Virus record (IMG/VR): IMGVR_UViG_3300032516_000007
Span: 51,042 to 115,041 of that record
Source: a virus
DNA length: 64,000 nucleotides
Strand: one strand, 5' to 3'
Shown here: positions 27,164-36,959 of the stretch, piece after piece
How the letters are laid out: each line of letters begins with the position of its first letter
How positions within the stretch are numbered: the stretch's first letter is position 1
Notes under the pieces: model-generated
What the model was told of the DNA's origin: nothing
Seen by the model: the letters and a program-made list of their open reading frames with translations, nothing else
The model's database searches: none
Translations under genes and position numbers: made by a program

Positions 27164-28453
27164 ATGGCGTTCTATGTCGTCGAAGTAGACAACGACGGGT
27201 TCAAGGTCTACGACAGCGCAGGCAACGCCATCGATCCAGCCAAGGATGCCTCAGTAACAGCTCTCGGCACAATCCTCACTGCCATCAAGGACACTGACGG
27301 CATCAAGAAGATCGTAGACGCGCTGCCTGCTGGTACCAACACCATCGGGAAGGTGGATCAAGGCACCGCTGGAGCTACAGCGTGGAAGACTGATGGTTCA
27401 GGGGTCACTCAGCCCATCTCTGCCTCCTCTCTTCCGCTCCCGGCTGGCGCTGCCACTGAAACGACCCTCGCTCTGATCAAGTCCACGGATGGGATTAAGA
27501 AGATCGTCGATCCCCTTCCGGCAGGGACCAATACGCTTGGCAAAGTAGACCAAGGTGCCGCTGGAGCTTCTGCGTGGCTGGTTGTAGGGAGTGGTGGAGG
27601 TGGGAGTACACAGGTCGAGGGTCGTGCTGCCGACGGAGCCACGCCAGTAGGCAACCCTGTCCTAGTTGGAGGTCAAGACGGCACGAACGTCCAGTCGCTC
27701 CTGACGGACACACTTGGTCGTCTCGTCATGGCTCCGCAAGGAGCGTCTACTATCTATCGTGGGTTCTCTGATGGGAAGGTGGTCCTGCATCCACCGGAGA
27801 CCGCTTTGGCACCAGTCCGATTTACGACTTACACAGAGCAGACCTCGAATGCTCAGCGATCTATCACCAGCTCCAACGTAGCGGATGCCGCTGCTGGGAC
27901 TGGGGCTCGAACAGTCAAGATCACTTACTACTCGGTGAGCGGCGGAGCGATCACTGGTCCGTTCTATGAGACTGTAACTCTCGACGGAACGTCCTACGTC
28001 GACACTGTTTCGACGACCATTGCGTTCATCGAGAAGCTCGAAGTCCTGACCGTTGGTTCTGGCTTGACCAACGCAGGCACGTTGACATTGAAGGCAAACA
28101 CAGCAGGTGGTGGCGCGACCATCGTGACCATCGGAATCGGTGATGGGCAGACTTTCTTGGGCCTGCACTATGTTGCTTCCGGTCGCACGATGAAGTTGAC
28201 CTCTGTCGCTGCCGGGATCAAGGGCGTTGATGCTGCGGGATTCATGGTGAGGACGAAAGATCCCTCGAGTGCTAATGCGTTCGAAATGCAAACCTCCGAT
28301 CTGATCAGAATCGGCGCAAACCAAAGTACAGTGCCAAGAGCTTACGGCACTCCAATCGAGATCGCAGGACCGGCGAGAGTGCAGCTTTATGTACTCCCCG
28401 ACTCCACCAGCTCGCGCACGTACTATGCGAGCATGGACTACTTTGAGGAATAG
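27164..28453 (+). CDS. virion fibre/collar-like protein
   Basis: Duplicated IK.TDGIKKIVD.LPAGTNT.GKVDQG.AGA.AW unit; C-terminal domain paralogous to the next gene. Confidence 0.65.
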   Translation: MAFYVVEVDNDGFKVYDSAGNAIDPAKDASVTALGTILTAIKDTDGIKKIVDALPAGTNTIGKVDQGTAGATAWKTDGSGVTQPISASSLPLPAGAATETTLALIKSTDGIKKIVDPLPAGTNTLGKVDQGAAGASAWLVVGSGGGGSTQVEGRAADGATPVGNPVLVGGQDGTNVQSLLTDTLGRLVMAPQGASTIYRGFSDGKVVLHPPETALAPVRFTTYTEQTSNAQRSITSSNVADAAAGTGARTVKITYYSVSGGAITGPFYETVTLDGTSYVDTVSTTIAFIEKLEVLTVGSGLTNAGTLTLKANTAGGGATIVTIGIGDGQTFLGLHYVASGRTMKLTSVAAGIKGVDAAGFMVRTKDPSSANAFEMQTSDLIRIGANQSTVPRAYGTPIEIAGPARVQLYVLPDSTSSRTYYASMDYFEE

Positions 28454-28456
28454 CCG

Positions 28457-29161
28457 ATGAGTCAGCTAGAACAAGACGCCCCCTTCCGGCTGCACCTATT
28501 CGGCAACCTCACTGCCGTCGCCACGGCTGAGGTGCTGGTCAGCAATCGAGGCTACGTGGAACCAGCGGCACAGGCGCAACGCTCGCTGGTTTCCACCTCG
28601 GTGCAGGACAAACCCAGTGGATCTGGAGCAGCGGCGGTCAGGGTAGATTTCCTCAACTCTGACTACGAGTTGAAATCAGAGGACGTGACCCTCAACGGTA
28701 CTGTCGCTGTGAACATGATCGCAACGGACCTTCGCTTCGTGCAGGACATGCGAGTCATCCAGGGATCCTTCGCTGTTGGTGCGGTCAAGCTCATGACCGC
28801 TACGGCTGGTGGAGGGACGGAGATCACGGGTATCGGAGCTGGGACCACTGAGGCGTTCCTCTGTCATCACTACGTGCCTGCTGGCAAGAAAGCGTGGATC
28901 AAGGGTTGGGGCGCTGTGATCGACGACGAGTGCTCCCTCAAGCTGAACGGTCGAACGTGGTACGGTGCCAACCTCGTGGACGACGTGCGTGACCTCTATA
29001 AGCTCTTCATGAGCAACCCTACGCCTCCTCGCACGATGGAGTTCAACCGAGTGATGCCAGATATGCCACTCGGGGAGAAGACCTATGTACGTGTGACGGT
29101 CACGCCCAATCAGAGCACGAGCACAGTGATCCGCACCTATGTCGATTTGTGGGAGGAGTAG
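28457..29161 (+). CDS. virion protein, paralogue of the preceding C-terminal domain
   Basis: Shares AQRS..S, VTL(D/N)GT, TAGGG..I..IG.G and HYV..G motifs. Confidence 0.65.
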   Translation: MSQLEQDAPFRLHLFGNLTAVATAEVLVSNRGYVEPAAQAQRSLVSTSVQDKPSGSGAAAVRVDFLNSDYELKSEDVTLNGTVAVNMIATDLRFVQDMRVIQGSFAVGAVKLMTATAGGGTEITGIGAGTTEAFLCHHYVPAGKKAWIKGWGAVIDDECSLKLNGRTWYGANLVDDVRDLYKLFMSNPTPPRTMEFNRVMPDMPLGEKTYVRVTVTPNQSTSTVIRTYVDLWEE

Positions 29162-29353
29162 ATGGCCGCTCACACAGCAGAAGAGACGTTGGACAAGGCT
29201 CAGACTGAGTACCTGGCCAAGGCGCACGAAGTGCAACCGACCCACCCAGGAGAAGACCTGGAGTGGTGGGTCGCCGATGAGAACCACGACGTGTTTGCTG
29301 TCGGAACGTGGGACAGCGACACGACGATGACGTTTCGTGACTACAAGCCGTAG
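29162..29353 (+). CDS. small hypothetical protein
   Basis: 63 aa, GGAGGAG RBS, abuts the upstream stop. Confidence 0.55.
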   Translation: MAAHTAEETLDKAQTEYLAKAHEVQPTHPGEDLEWWVADENHDVFAVGTWDSDTTMTFRDYKP

Positions 29354-29374
29354 AGCGTTGGTGGAGGTGGGGGC

Positions 29375-29560
29375 TTGGAGAGGGATTGCACGGTCTGTCC
29401 GGATAGGATCGAGTGTGTGGTCTGCAAGAGGAAGCTCTGCCATATACATGAGCCAGAACCGAAGCTGGTGAAGATGATTGAAGGGCACTACATCACACGC
29501 GAAGGCACGATCTGCATGGAGTGCGAAGCGAACCAAATGAGACCTAGGAGAAGTCAATGA
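29375..29560 (+). CDS. small Cys-rich (zinc-binding) protein
   Basis: CxxC, CxxC, CxxH, CxxC; GGAGG RBS, TTG start. Confidence 0.5.
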   Translation: MERDCTVCPDRIECVVCKRKLCHIHEPEPKLVKMIEGHYITREGTICMECEANQMRPRRSQ

Positions 29561-30690
29561 AGTCGCTGTTGATCTCAATCGCCCTGCTGTTAGCAGCCTG
29601 GACCGTCCAGGCCCAGACCTGCCCTACCCCTGCCCAGCTCGTGACCGACCTGACTGCCGCTTCACAGGGAACCATCATCAATCTGAGCGGGGTGCTCTCG
29701 CTCACCTGTCCAGAAGTGTCCATGAGTCACGTCTGGGATGGTGGCAAGCTACTCTTCAGCGATGCACCGGAGACTGTGAGTCTGCGCGGTAAGCTTTACG
29801 AGGACACAACGCTCGGCTTCACCTCCGGCACTGTCTACAACCGAGTGCATGCGCATCACGTCAACGGGCGCGCTGCCAAGATGAAGTTCGCGATCTTGCT
29901 CAAGAACAACGGCACGAGTAGTGGTTCGCTCATCGTGCAGCAGAAGGGTGTTGCAGGACCCACCGCCGACTTCCTCTATGCGGGCAAGCTGGCCTTCTTG
30001 CGATGGCTCCAGTCAGTCAACAGCGCACCAGTGAGTGTGCCTGCGGGTAGCATCGTGCGCCTGGCTATGGACTTTGAGACACAGACGAGTACCGGCAATC
30101 TGATGACGATCCTCGTGGACTATAGCTTCACGCAGAACCATACCCTAACTGTGTGTGCTCTGGACACAGGCGACAACCCTGTGACTGCATGCCCTGGTCT
30201 GGCTGTGCTCCCCAGAGATACTCATCAACGTGGGACGTTCCCAAACAACGCGAAGGTCTACGACACGGCAGTTGGAACTGTCATCGACACCGCCCAAGGC
30301 ATCATGCAGCTTCCCCTAGCCGGAAACACGACCAACGATCCTGATGCCGTCGGCGTGGACAAGACCGATGGCAGCCCTCAGCAGTTGAAGGGGAACTACG
30401 GGGTGCTCTACAAGATGCATCTGAACACGTCGGCATCGGACTCAAAGAAGCTCGGCTTCCTCTTCAATCCGCGCGGAGGCGTGTGGGGTGGTGCAGAGTA
30501 CGCATTGGTTGGGATCACTCCAGGTGGCAAGTTCCTGAACCCGACGGGCACAGGAGGATTCTCTGACAACACCAAGGGCGCAGTCAGTGCAAAGTACAAT
30601 CCTGGCACAGGTGGCCTCAGCGTCTGGATGCAGTGGATGCCAACGTCGGCATCGAACTACCCGTTGCGCTACATTGCAGTGCCACACTGA
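29557..30690 (+). CDS. secreted bacterial-type protein (signal peptide; possibly DUF3370-related)
   Basis: MKSLLISIALLLAAWTVQA signal peptide; LLFSDAPE, HQRGTFP, GNYGVLY, NPRGG motifs. Confidence 0.6.
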   Translation: MKSLLISIALLLAAWTVQAQTCPTPAQLVTDLTAASQGTIINLSGVLSLTCPEVSMSHVWDGGKLLFSDAPETVSLRGKLYEDTTLGFTSGTVYNRVHAHHVNGRAAKMKFAILLKNNGTSSGSLIVQQKGVAGPTADFLYAGKLAFLRWLQSVNSAPVSVPAGSIVRLAMDFETQTSTGNLMTILVDYSFTQNHTLTVCALDTGDNPVTACPGLAVLPRDTHQRGTFPNNAKVYDTAVGTVIDTAQGIMQLPLAGNTTNDPDAVGVDKTDGSPQQLKGNYGVLYKMHLNTSASDSKKLGFLFNPRGGVWGGAEYALVGITPGGKFLNPTGTGGFSDNTKGAVSAKYNPGTGGLSVWMQWMPTSASNYPLRYIAVPH

Positions 30691-30926
30691 TGACCGAAAC
30701 ACCCAAGAAGAGGAAGCTCAATCCGACTCGGGAATTGCTGTTGGAGGTATTGGCAGGTCAGCGTAGGCAGGACGAGAGGTTGGCCAACCTTGAGATGCAG
30801 CAGACGCTGGCCAATCAGGCGTGGCAGCGTCAGGGCAAGGTGGTTGAGGAGATCAACCAGCGGTGCTTGGGCAAGTTGGGTTTGAAATGCCCGTTGGTTG
30901 AGGCCGAAGATCAGAATGGTGATTAG
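30690..30926 (+). CDS. small coiled-coil protein
   Basis: MTETPKKRK..., TGATG overlap with the upstream gene. Confidence 0.55.
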   Translation: MTETPKKRKLNPTRELLLEVLAGQRRQDERLANLEMQQTLANQAWQRQGKVVEEINQRCLGKLGLKCPLVEAEDQNGD

Positions 30927-30927
30927 G

Positions 30928-30956
30928 AGAGGGTGGTTCTAGAATCATGGTATACT
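30928..30956 (+). promoter_or_regulatory. extended -10 promoter with TTCTAGAA upstream
   Basis: GGTTCTAGAATCA-TGG-TATACT, intergenic. Confidence 0.5.
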
Positions 30957-30974
30957 GGGAGATGAGGTTCGTGG

Positions 30975-31271
30975 ATGGAAGCTGCCCTGGCAAAACTTCT
31001 GGAAATGCTTGCCAAACATGGCCCAGGGTTCCTGGTGGCGGCGATCTTCATTGCCCTGTACGTTCTGGAACGAAGGGACTCTAGGAAGGAACTGGAAACT
31101 ATTTGGGAAGGACATCGCAAGGGGATTGAGTCGGAGAGGGTAATCTCAAAGGACTTGACAATTAAACTGTTTGAATTGAGCAGTGAGTCTATTAAATCAG
31201 ATACGGAACACACGGAGGCGATCAAATCCATGACTAAGGTTTTGGATAGTATTGATCGGAGACTAGGATGA
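30975..31271 (+). CDS. single-TM protein, BhlA/UviB holin-like
   Basis: HGPGFLVAAIFIALYVL transmembrane segment followed by a charged coiled coil. Confidence 0.5.
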   Translation: MEAALAKLLEMLAKHGPGFLVAAIFIALYVLERRDSRKELETIWEGHRKGIESERVISKDLTIKLFELSSESIKSDTEHTEAIKSMTKVLDSIDRRLG

Positions 31272-31681
31272 ATCCAAAGGATGATCCTACTTCTGTTGGG
31301 TTGATCTTAATCAAAATGGGAGTAATCACCAAGGAGGATTTGGTTGCTGCTATTGATGAGCAGGACAATTCTAGTATTGAGTACCTTTTAGGTAAGTTAT
31401 TGGTTGCTAATGGGGTGTGCTCCAAGGAGCAAGTTGAGATTGCTTTGGCAGCTCAACAAGGAATGAGAAGCAATGAAGATCATAAGAAGGCTGTGGCTAT
31501 AGCTTCCATTGCCACAGCTCGGAAAAAGATGATGCGTCAGGCAGGTCAGCACATGATCGAAAGAACTGATGCTTTGGCTATTAAAACAGGAAGTGATATT
31601 TATCCTGTGGTAGTTATGAAAATGAATCTAGTAGGTGGCGGGAAGAAGGGATCAGATTCAGGTAATGGAGCGGGTGCGTGA
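31268..31681 (+). CDS. MshEN-like domain protein
   Basis: Tandem VGLILIKMGVITKEDLVAAIDEQ and LGKLLVANGVCSKEQVEIALAAQ match RLGxxLxxxGxxxxxxLxxxLxxQ except for the Arg. Confidence 0.7.
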   Translation: MNPKDDPTSVGLILIKMGVITKEDLVAAIDEQDNSSIEYLLGKLLVANGVCSKEQVEIALAAQQGMRSNEDHKKAVAIASIATARKKMMRQAGQHMIERTDALAIKTGSDIYPVVVMKMNLVGGGKKGSDSGNGAGA

Positions 31682-32106
31682 CGTTCTCTATTCGCATCCA
31701 GTCTGGAAAGAAGGAGCCTATTGCTGTTCTGATTCTAAATCAGAGCGGGCAGGAGTTAACTGGAAAGACTGATATCAAGATTAAGATTCGTCGTATTAGT
31801 GATGGGTTCTACCTCGACTGGTCAGATAACACATTCAAGTCGGCTGTCTCAGTGGTGATATTGCTTCAGGTGTTGCAGGAGATCTCAGCATTATACAGCC
31901 CAGGGGAATACCAACTTAACAAACCAGGTCACATAAACGGATTTGATACTTTAACGATCACCAATCCCAACAGTGATGATACTTACTACGTTACGGGTAT
32001 CCAGGATGGTGGGGTTGATGCAAGCAACGTTCCGATGGTAGGTGAGCTGAAGGTTGGCGACTACGTTGATGACATCGTGGAAGATCGACTGCCAGTGGTT
32101 TGGTAG
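31678..32106 (+). CDS. hypothetical virion protein
   Basis: 142 aa beta-rich; PGEYQL resembles AGVYEI in the next gene. Confidence 0.6.
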   Translation: MTFSIRIQSGKKEPIAVLILNQSGQELTGKTDIKIKIRRISDGFYLDWSDNTFKSAVSVVILLQVLQEISALYSPGEYQLNKPGHINGFDTLTITNPNSDDTYYVTGIQDGGVDASNVPMVGELKVGDYVDDIVEDRLPVVW

Positions 32107-32121
32107 CTGAAGGAGTGAGCC

Positions 32122-32757
32122 ATGGCGTGCATTGAAGTCCTCCAAGGAACCCCAACGTGGCTTCCCTTCATTGCCACGAACATCAACACGGGTGCTCCTC
32201 GAACTGGGATCACTTTCAACCAGGTGGATGTCTCCTACAAGAAGAGCAGCCAGGCGACCTTCAATCTCAAGACACTCCTGGTCACCGACTTCCGTGAAAA
32301 CGGTGCTGGGGTCTACGAGATTCTGTTCTCCAACACGGAACTGAATGTTCTGGGATCATTCCTCTATGTGGTGATCGGGAATGGAGCCCTCCCAAGCCCC
32401 AACATCCGTCAGTTTGTGGGGCAGGCTTTCGTTGAGACAGCTTCTTCCTACACCCCAGGCACGATCAGTCTTGACACCAACATCATCACAGGCAACCTGA
32501 TTGATCTTCATGGAGACCCTCTCCCTGGGGTGGCTGTGAGTGCCCGTGTGCTCTCGGCTCCAACGATCTTGGGCGTTACCCCCAACATTGGTGGAGTGGG
32601 AGTGGATATCTACAGTGCCAAGACAGATGAGGCTGGATTCTTTGCCTTGGAATTGCTTCAGAAGGCTGTGGTGGATGTGTCGATCCCAAGGGTGAACTAC
32701 CGTCGAACTTTGACCGTGCCTGTGAACTCAACGGACAAGCTGTTCGATATTCCATAG
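32122..32757 (+). CDS. Ig/prealbumin-like beta-sandwich virion protein
   Basis: ITGNLIDLHGDPLPGVAVSA...KTDEAGFFALEL pattern. Confidence 0.65.
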   Translation: MACIEVLQGTPTWLPFIATNINTGAPRTGITFNQVDVSYKKSSQATFNLKTLLVTDFRENGAGVYEILFSNTELNVLGSFLYVVIGNGALPSPNIRQFVGQAFVETASSYTPGTISLDTNIITGNLIDLHGDPLPGVAVSARVLSAPTILGVTPNIGGVGVDIYSAKTDEAGFFALELLQKAVVDVSIPRVNYRRTLTVPVNSTDKLFDIP

Positions 32758-32766
32758 AGGAAGACC

Positions 32767-34167
32767 ATGGCAGCTCCAACCTCCATTGTTGTGACTACTG
32801 ATCTCGACGAGTACAGCAAGTTCGAGATTGATCGGAACACCATTCAGGTGTTCTGGACCGCTACAGGTCCATCCAGCATGGCTGGGGAAGTATTGACCTT
32901 GAAGCTGGTCAAGGCGAGAAGGCTTCGGGATGCAGTCGCCTACACCAAGTCCATCACCATTGTTGGTTCTGGAACTACAGATACCGGATCAGTCTCCATC
33001 CACCTTCCAGATGTGACTAGTACAGATAGCATCAACCTGATTCGCAGAGGTAGTTACTTTATTGAGGTGGTTTCTGTCAGTGCTCCGTTGGTCAAGGGAG
33101 TGACGGCTGATTTCTCTATCAGCATTGTCACCTCTCAGGAACTTCGGAAGAGCTACCTGTGGGGTTTGGATTTGAAGGCCAACGATATTCGAATGGTGGT
33201 GTTTCAGCCCAAGCAGATCACTGGAATTGAAGTGGTCTCCATGAGTGCCAACCATCCGGCCATATTTGCTCCGCTGACCTATGTGTACAACGGGACAAGT
33301 GGAAGCCGTCAAATCTCATGGGGGGCAGGCCCCCTTATTACGATCACTGCCCCTGGCCGATACATGCTTCGTTTTGATTGCACAGGTACTCACTATATGG
33401 TCATTCAGGTGAGGACTCTAAGTTTGCTTCCTATAGTAAATGCCACTGATGATCTTCTGGTTGAAAAAGACCAGATGACGGATGCCATGCTTCAACGTTG
33501 GATCAGCCAAGCTTGTGACTGGTGGGAGAACGACAAGATCTCAGTGTTTCTGGAACCAACCAAGATCGTCACGGACACTGATCCTTCTCTCAACAGTGAC
33601 CCTGATTGGGATTTCATTGTTCCTACCATCACGTTCTACCCCACTGTTTCGGCAAAGTGGATCGATATCCTATTCCCACATCCTAGTTTGTTGAGAGTTG
33701 ATCAGCTCTTCGGTCAGGTTGGTAGTACTAGGATCGTGGATATTGATCTTAATTGGTTGCAGGTGAGCGAGAAGAATGGTTTTTGCCAGCTTGTTCCCTT
33801 CAACACCATACTAGGCTTCAAGTTCATTGGCCTGGTCTGGGTGGAGTCTATTCGAGGGGTTATCGAGCTGCCTGGGTTCTGGCACTTCAACGCTGTGGCT
33901 GGCCTCAGGAACGTTGACGCAGTGGTCCTGGAGATCCTGGCCAAGAAGGCTGCCATCGATGCTCTGACGGTCGCTGGGCACGCCTATAGAGGGGGTTTCT
34001 CGTCCCAGAGTGTGAGCAAGGATGGTGTCAGTGAGTCGGTGAGCTACACAGCTTCGGCCATCTATGGCATCTACAGCGCAACTATCGAGGATTACAACAA
34101 GTTCATCAATCGAGAGATCAAGAACCTTCGAGGAAGGTACCGAGGGCTGAACATGTTGACGGTTTGA
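32767..34167 (+). CDS. head-tail adaptor (neck) protein
   Basis: C-terminal GFSSQSVSKDGVSESVSYTASAIYGIYSATI resembles Herelleviridae adaptors; synteny. Confidence 0.7.
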   Translation: MAAPTSIVVTTDLDEYSKFEIDRNTIQVFWTATGPSSMAGEVLTLKLVKARRLRDAVAYTKSITIVGSGTTDTGSVSIHLPDVTSTDSINLIRRGSYFIEVVSVSAPLVKGVTADFSISIVTSQELRKSYLWGLDLKANDIRMVVFQPKQITGIEVVSMSANHPAIFAPLTYVYNGTSGSRQISWGAGPLITITAPGRYMLRFDCTGTHYMVIQVRTLSLLPIVNATDDLLVEKDQMTDAMLQRWISQACDWWENDKISVFLEPTKIVTDTDPSLNSDPDWDFIVPTITFYPTVSAKWIDILFPHPSLLRVDQLFGQVGSTRIVDIDLNWLQVSEKNGFCQLVPFNTILGFKFIGLVWVESIRGVIELPGFWHFNAVAGLRNVDAVVLEILAKKAAIDALTVAGHAYRGGFSSQSVSKDGVSESVSYTASAIYGIYSATIEDYNKFINREIKNLRGRYRGLNMLTV

Positions 34168-34175
34168 TCAAGGGC

Positions 34176-34204
34176 TAGCCGTGGTTCTAGAACTGACATA
34201 TAAT
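34176..34204 (+). promoter_or_regulatory. promoter with TTCTAGAA in the spacer
   Basis: TAGCCG-17 nt (TGGTTCTAGAACTGACA)-TATAAT, intergenic. Confidence 0.55.
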
Positions 34205-34224
34205 ACGGGGCTTAGAAGCCAGCC

Positions 34225-35061
34225 ATGACCAAGACCAGGGACGAAGGAACTCAGCTTTTCAGTGCTCCCCGTGGGAGGAACGTGGGGCTGGGTATTGACT
34301 TCTCTCCCGGATTTGGGGCTCACGAAGGATTGATCAACAATCGTGGAGAGGATGTGATCCACGATGTTGGTATGCGCTGCCCATGTAGTGCTGAGGATGT
34401 CCACGCTGGTCAGATTGAACAGAACCAGGTCCCTCGTCGGCGAAGTATGATTGGCTGTTCTCTATGTCGAGGTGAGGGTTACATTTTTCGTCGTCCTCAG
34501 AAGATCTGCGCCCTGATCACCGGCATTTCAGAATCTAAGACCAGGATCGAGGGAGGATGGGCTCAGCCTGGCGATTGCATGATGTCCCCTCATGCTGGTT
34601 ACATGATAGCTTCTCACGACATGATCACTTTCCTTTGGCCTCAGCCAGTAGGGGATGGGCAAGTGATCGTGAGGGGTGCAGGAACCGCTAGCGACAACAG
34701 CCAGAGGGAAACATTCCTTCAAACTAATGAAGATCGACTTTGGTACAGCGCAACTGAGGGGATCTGGTGTGAGGGAGATGACGGTGTGCGTTACTATCCA
34801 GAGGGAGATTTCCTTTTGGATGGAAGCAAGATCATAAAGTGGGTGGGGAATCAACCACAGGTGGGTCAGTCATATGTTCTCAAATATGCTGCCTACCTGG
34901 AGTGGATTGTTTTTGATCCTCCGGCTACACGAAGAGATCGTAATCGTGATCTTGGTTCTAGAGTCGCTCTGCGAAAGAGGCATGTGGCGTTGGTCAACAA
35001 TGACCCAAGGCCCAGAGTGGGGGACAACATTCCCTTCTGTGCCAGAATTCAGAACTGCTGA
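34225..35061 (+). CDS. head closure/stopper neck protein
   Basis: MRCPC ... CSLCRGEGYIF signature; synteny. Confidence 0.7.
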   Translation: MTKTRDEGTQLFSAPRGRNVGLGIDFSPGFGAHEGLINNRGEDVIHDVGMRCPCSAEDVHAGQIEQNQVPRRRSMIGCSLCRGEGYIFRRPQKICALITGISESKTRIEGGWAQPGDCMMSPHAGYMIASHDMITFLWPQPVGDGQVIVRGAGTASDNSQRETFLQTNEDRLWYSATEGIWCEGDDGVRYYPEGDFLLDGSKIIKWVGNQPQVGQSYVLKYAAYLEWIVFDPPATRRDRNRDLGSRVALRKRHVALVNNDPRPRVGDNIPFCARIQNC

Positions 35062-35645
35062 TGGTTCGAATTGACGTGACAGTTAACATGGCTGCGGTGA
35101 CCAACCTGGAGGAGAAGATCTCCAAGGCAATGGAACGTGGTCTGCGTGATCTCACCGTTGGAGCCCACCGTGTGTGGATGAGAGCTGCGGGTGGTCATCT
35201 TCACAAGACGAAGCGAAACTACATGATGGCTTTGAGTCATCACAAGGTGGATGCTCACTCCACAGAGATTGTTCTTCATCATCCGGACAATAAAGTCAAT
35301 TGGTTGGTAACTGCTCTTGAGGTTGGGTATGGAGCAATTGATGTGAAGAAAGCTTTGCTGGCTTCTTCAGCAGCAAAGAGTTGGTCTCAGTACAGTAGCA
35401 AACCTGGTCAGAAAAAGATCGGGGCTCCTTTTCTGGATGTTCCCTTCAAGAAGGGTCAGTCCAATAATCCTACTCATTTCAGAAGAGTGAATCCCGCATC
35501 AACAGGGTGGCAGCATCCTGGATTCCTTCCTGTAGGAAAAGGAGGAAAGGGAACTCCATATCGGGAAGAGGCCAAGAAATATCTTCATGAGGAGGGTCCC
35601 AGGGTTTTGAAAGCGATCTTTGATGCAATTGGGAAAAGTAAATGA
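35061..35645 (+). CDS. neck/tail completion protein
   Basis: LEVGYGAIDVKKALL, FRRVN...GWQHPG; synteny. Confidence 0.6.
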   Translation: MVRIDVTVNMAAVTNLEEKISKAMERGLRDLTVGAHRVWMRAAGGHLHKTKRNYMMALSHHKVDAHSTEIVLHHPDNKVNWLVTALEVGYGAIDVKKALLASSAAKSWSQYSSKPGQKKIGAPFLDVPFKKGQSNNPTHFRRVNPASTGWQHPGFLPVGKGGKGTPYREEAKKYLHEEGPRVLKAIFDAIGKSK

Positions 35646-36700
35646 GTATCGTTCCCGAATACATCATTCAGCAGGTACTTGTGAAAGGTTTCCGCGCCAT
35701 TCGCGATGATGGTCGTATTGTGGATATGCTCTTTCGTAATCTTCGTCAAGATGATCTTGACAAGTTGCGTACCTTTTTTCAAGAGTCCACTATCGATATC
35801 AACTTGAACTATCCTGATCAAGATCTTCATCTTCCAGCAATAGTGATCCTGCTGAAATCCGAAGCTGAGAGCCAAGCCTTTGTTGGCAATTTGATGGAAG
35901 GCCCCCAGATGGTGCGTTCACTGGGGCATCCTTTCCCTAAGGATGAATTGCGAGGGGATGCCACGGTTCTGGGAGCTGGTTCTGTGTCAACCACGGGTGG
36001 GGGCTACAGGACCTATCTTTCTCCCACCAAAGCCACAAAGGGAGAAGATGCAGCGGTTCACATCGCTGAGGGTTTGATCAAAGTGGTAGATCCTTTCGAG
36101 GAGGATGTGTTTGTTGTCATCCTTGAGGGAACAGGAGCTGGGCAGACTCGTCAGATCATCATGATTGATCCTGTGGGAAGTGGGTTTGATTCTAAGATCA
36201 CTGTCACTCCTTCTTGGGCTACGAATCCGGATAACACCTCTGTGATTGAAGTTCGAACAGCTCCAGATCAGTCTGGAGTAACAGGAGAACCATCCAAGCT
36301 GTTCACGTCTCAGGATATCATTGAGCGGAGGGGTGTTATCTATCAGACTACCTACGATCTTTTGATTGTGGGCTCAAACCCAGAAACAACAGTCTTTCTT
36401 TACAGTGTAGTGAAGGCTCTTATCTTCCTTAACGAACATTTCTTGATCAAACAAGGATTCATGAATCTGGCCATGTCAGGAACGGACTTCTCTCCACGCA
36501 CGGAGTTCTACCCTGATTTGGCATATCAACGGGCTTTGTCTTTAACGTTTAGCTACTCTTTCGATATTTACCAGAAGGCGTCGGAGGCATCCCTCATTGA
36601 TAAGATCACAGTGGGGTTGGCAGTTCATGATCCTGATGTTGATGACTCGGAAGATCCAGGTCGCACAGTGATCGAAACCACTTTGGACCTGACACCATAG
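35642..36700 (+). CDS. tail terminator protein
   Basis: INLNYP...LPAIVILL, LYSVVKALI, AYQRALSLTF; insert domain shared with the sheath. Confidence 0.6.
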   Translation: MSIVPEYIIQQVLVKGFRAIRDDGRIVDMLFRNLRQDDLDKLRTFFQESTIDINLNYPDQDLHLPAIVILLKSEAESQAFVGNLMEGPQMVRSLGHPFPKDELRGDATVLGAGSVSTTGGGYRTYLSPTKATKGEDAAVHIAEGLIKVVDPFEEDVFVVILEGTGAGQTRQIIMIDPVGSGFDSKITVTPSWATNPDNTSVIEVRTAPDQSGVTGEPSKLFTSQDIIERRGVIYQTTYDLLIVGSNPETTVFLYSVVKALIFLNEHFLIKQGFMNLAMSGTDFSPRTEFYPDLAYQRALSLTFSYSFDIYQKASEASLIDKITVGLAVHDPDVDDSEDPGRTVIETTLDLTP

Positions 36701-36710
36701 GAGAACTGCA

Positions 36711-36947
36711 ATGGCAAAGACACCAAGTAAAGATTTGACCAATGCTGGTCCTCCCGTGGCCAGCGTCGAGGAGAAGGTTGAGGCAGTGGCTGAGCCTGTT
36801 CTGGAGACAGAGCAGCCAGTGTCATTCAGTCGGTGGTTCGCAGCTAAGGGTTTTCGGGCTCACTGGAAGGATGGAATGGCAGCGTTCACCAACACCACCA
36901 TCAAACGAACCATGTCCGATTGGGACAGGACGTTCAAAAGCTACTAA
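36711..36947 (+). CDS. small hypothetical protein before the sheath
   Basis: AGGAG RBS, 78 aa. Confidence 0.65.
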   Translation: MAKTPSKDLTNAGPPVASVEEKVEAVAEPVLETEQPVSFSRWFAAKGFRAHWKDGMAAFTNTTIKRTMSDWDRTFKSY

Positions 36948-36959
36948 GGAGAGGACACC

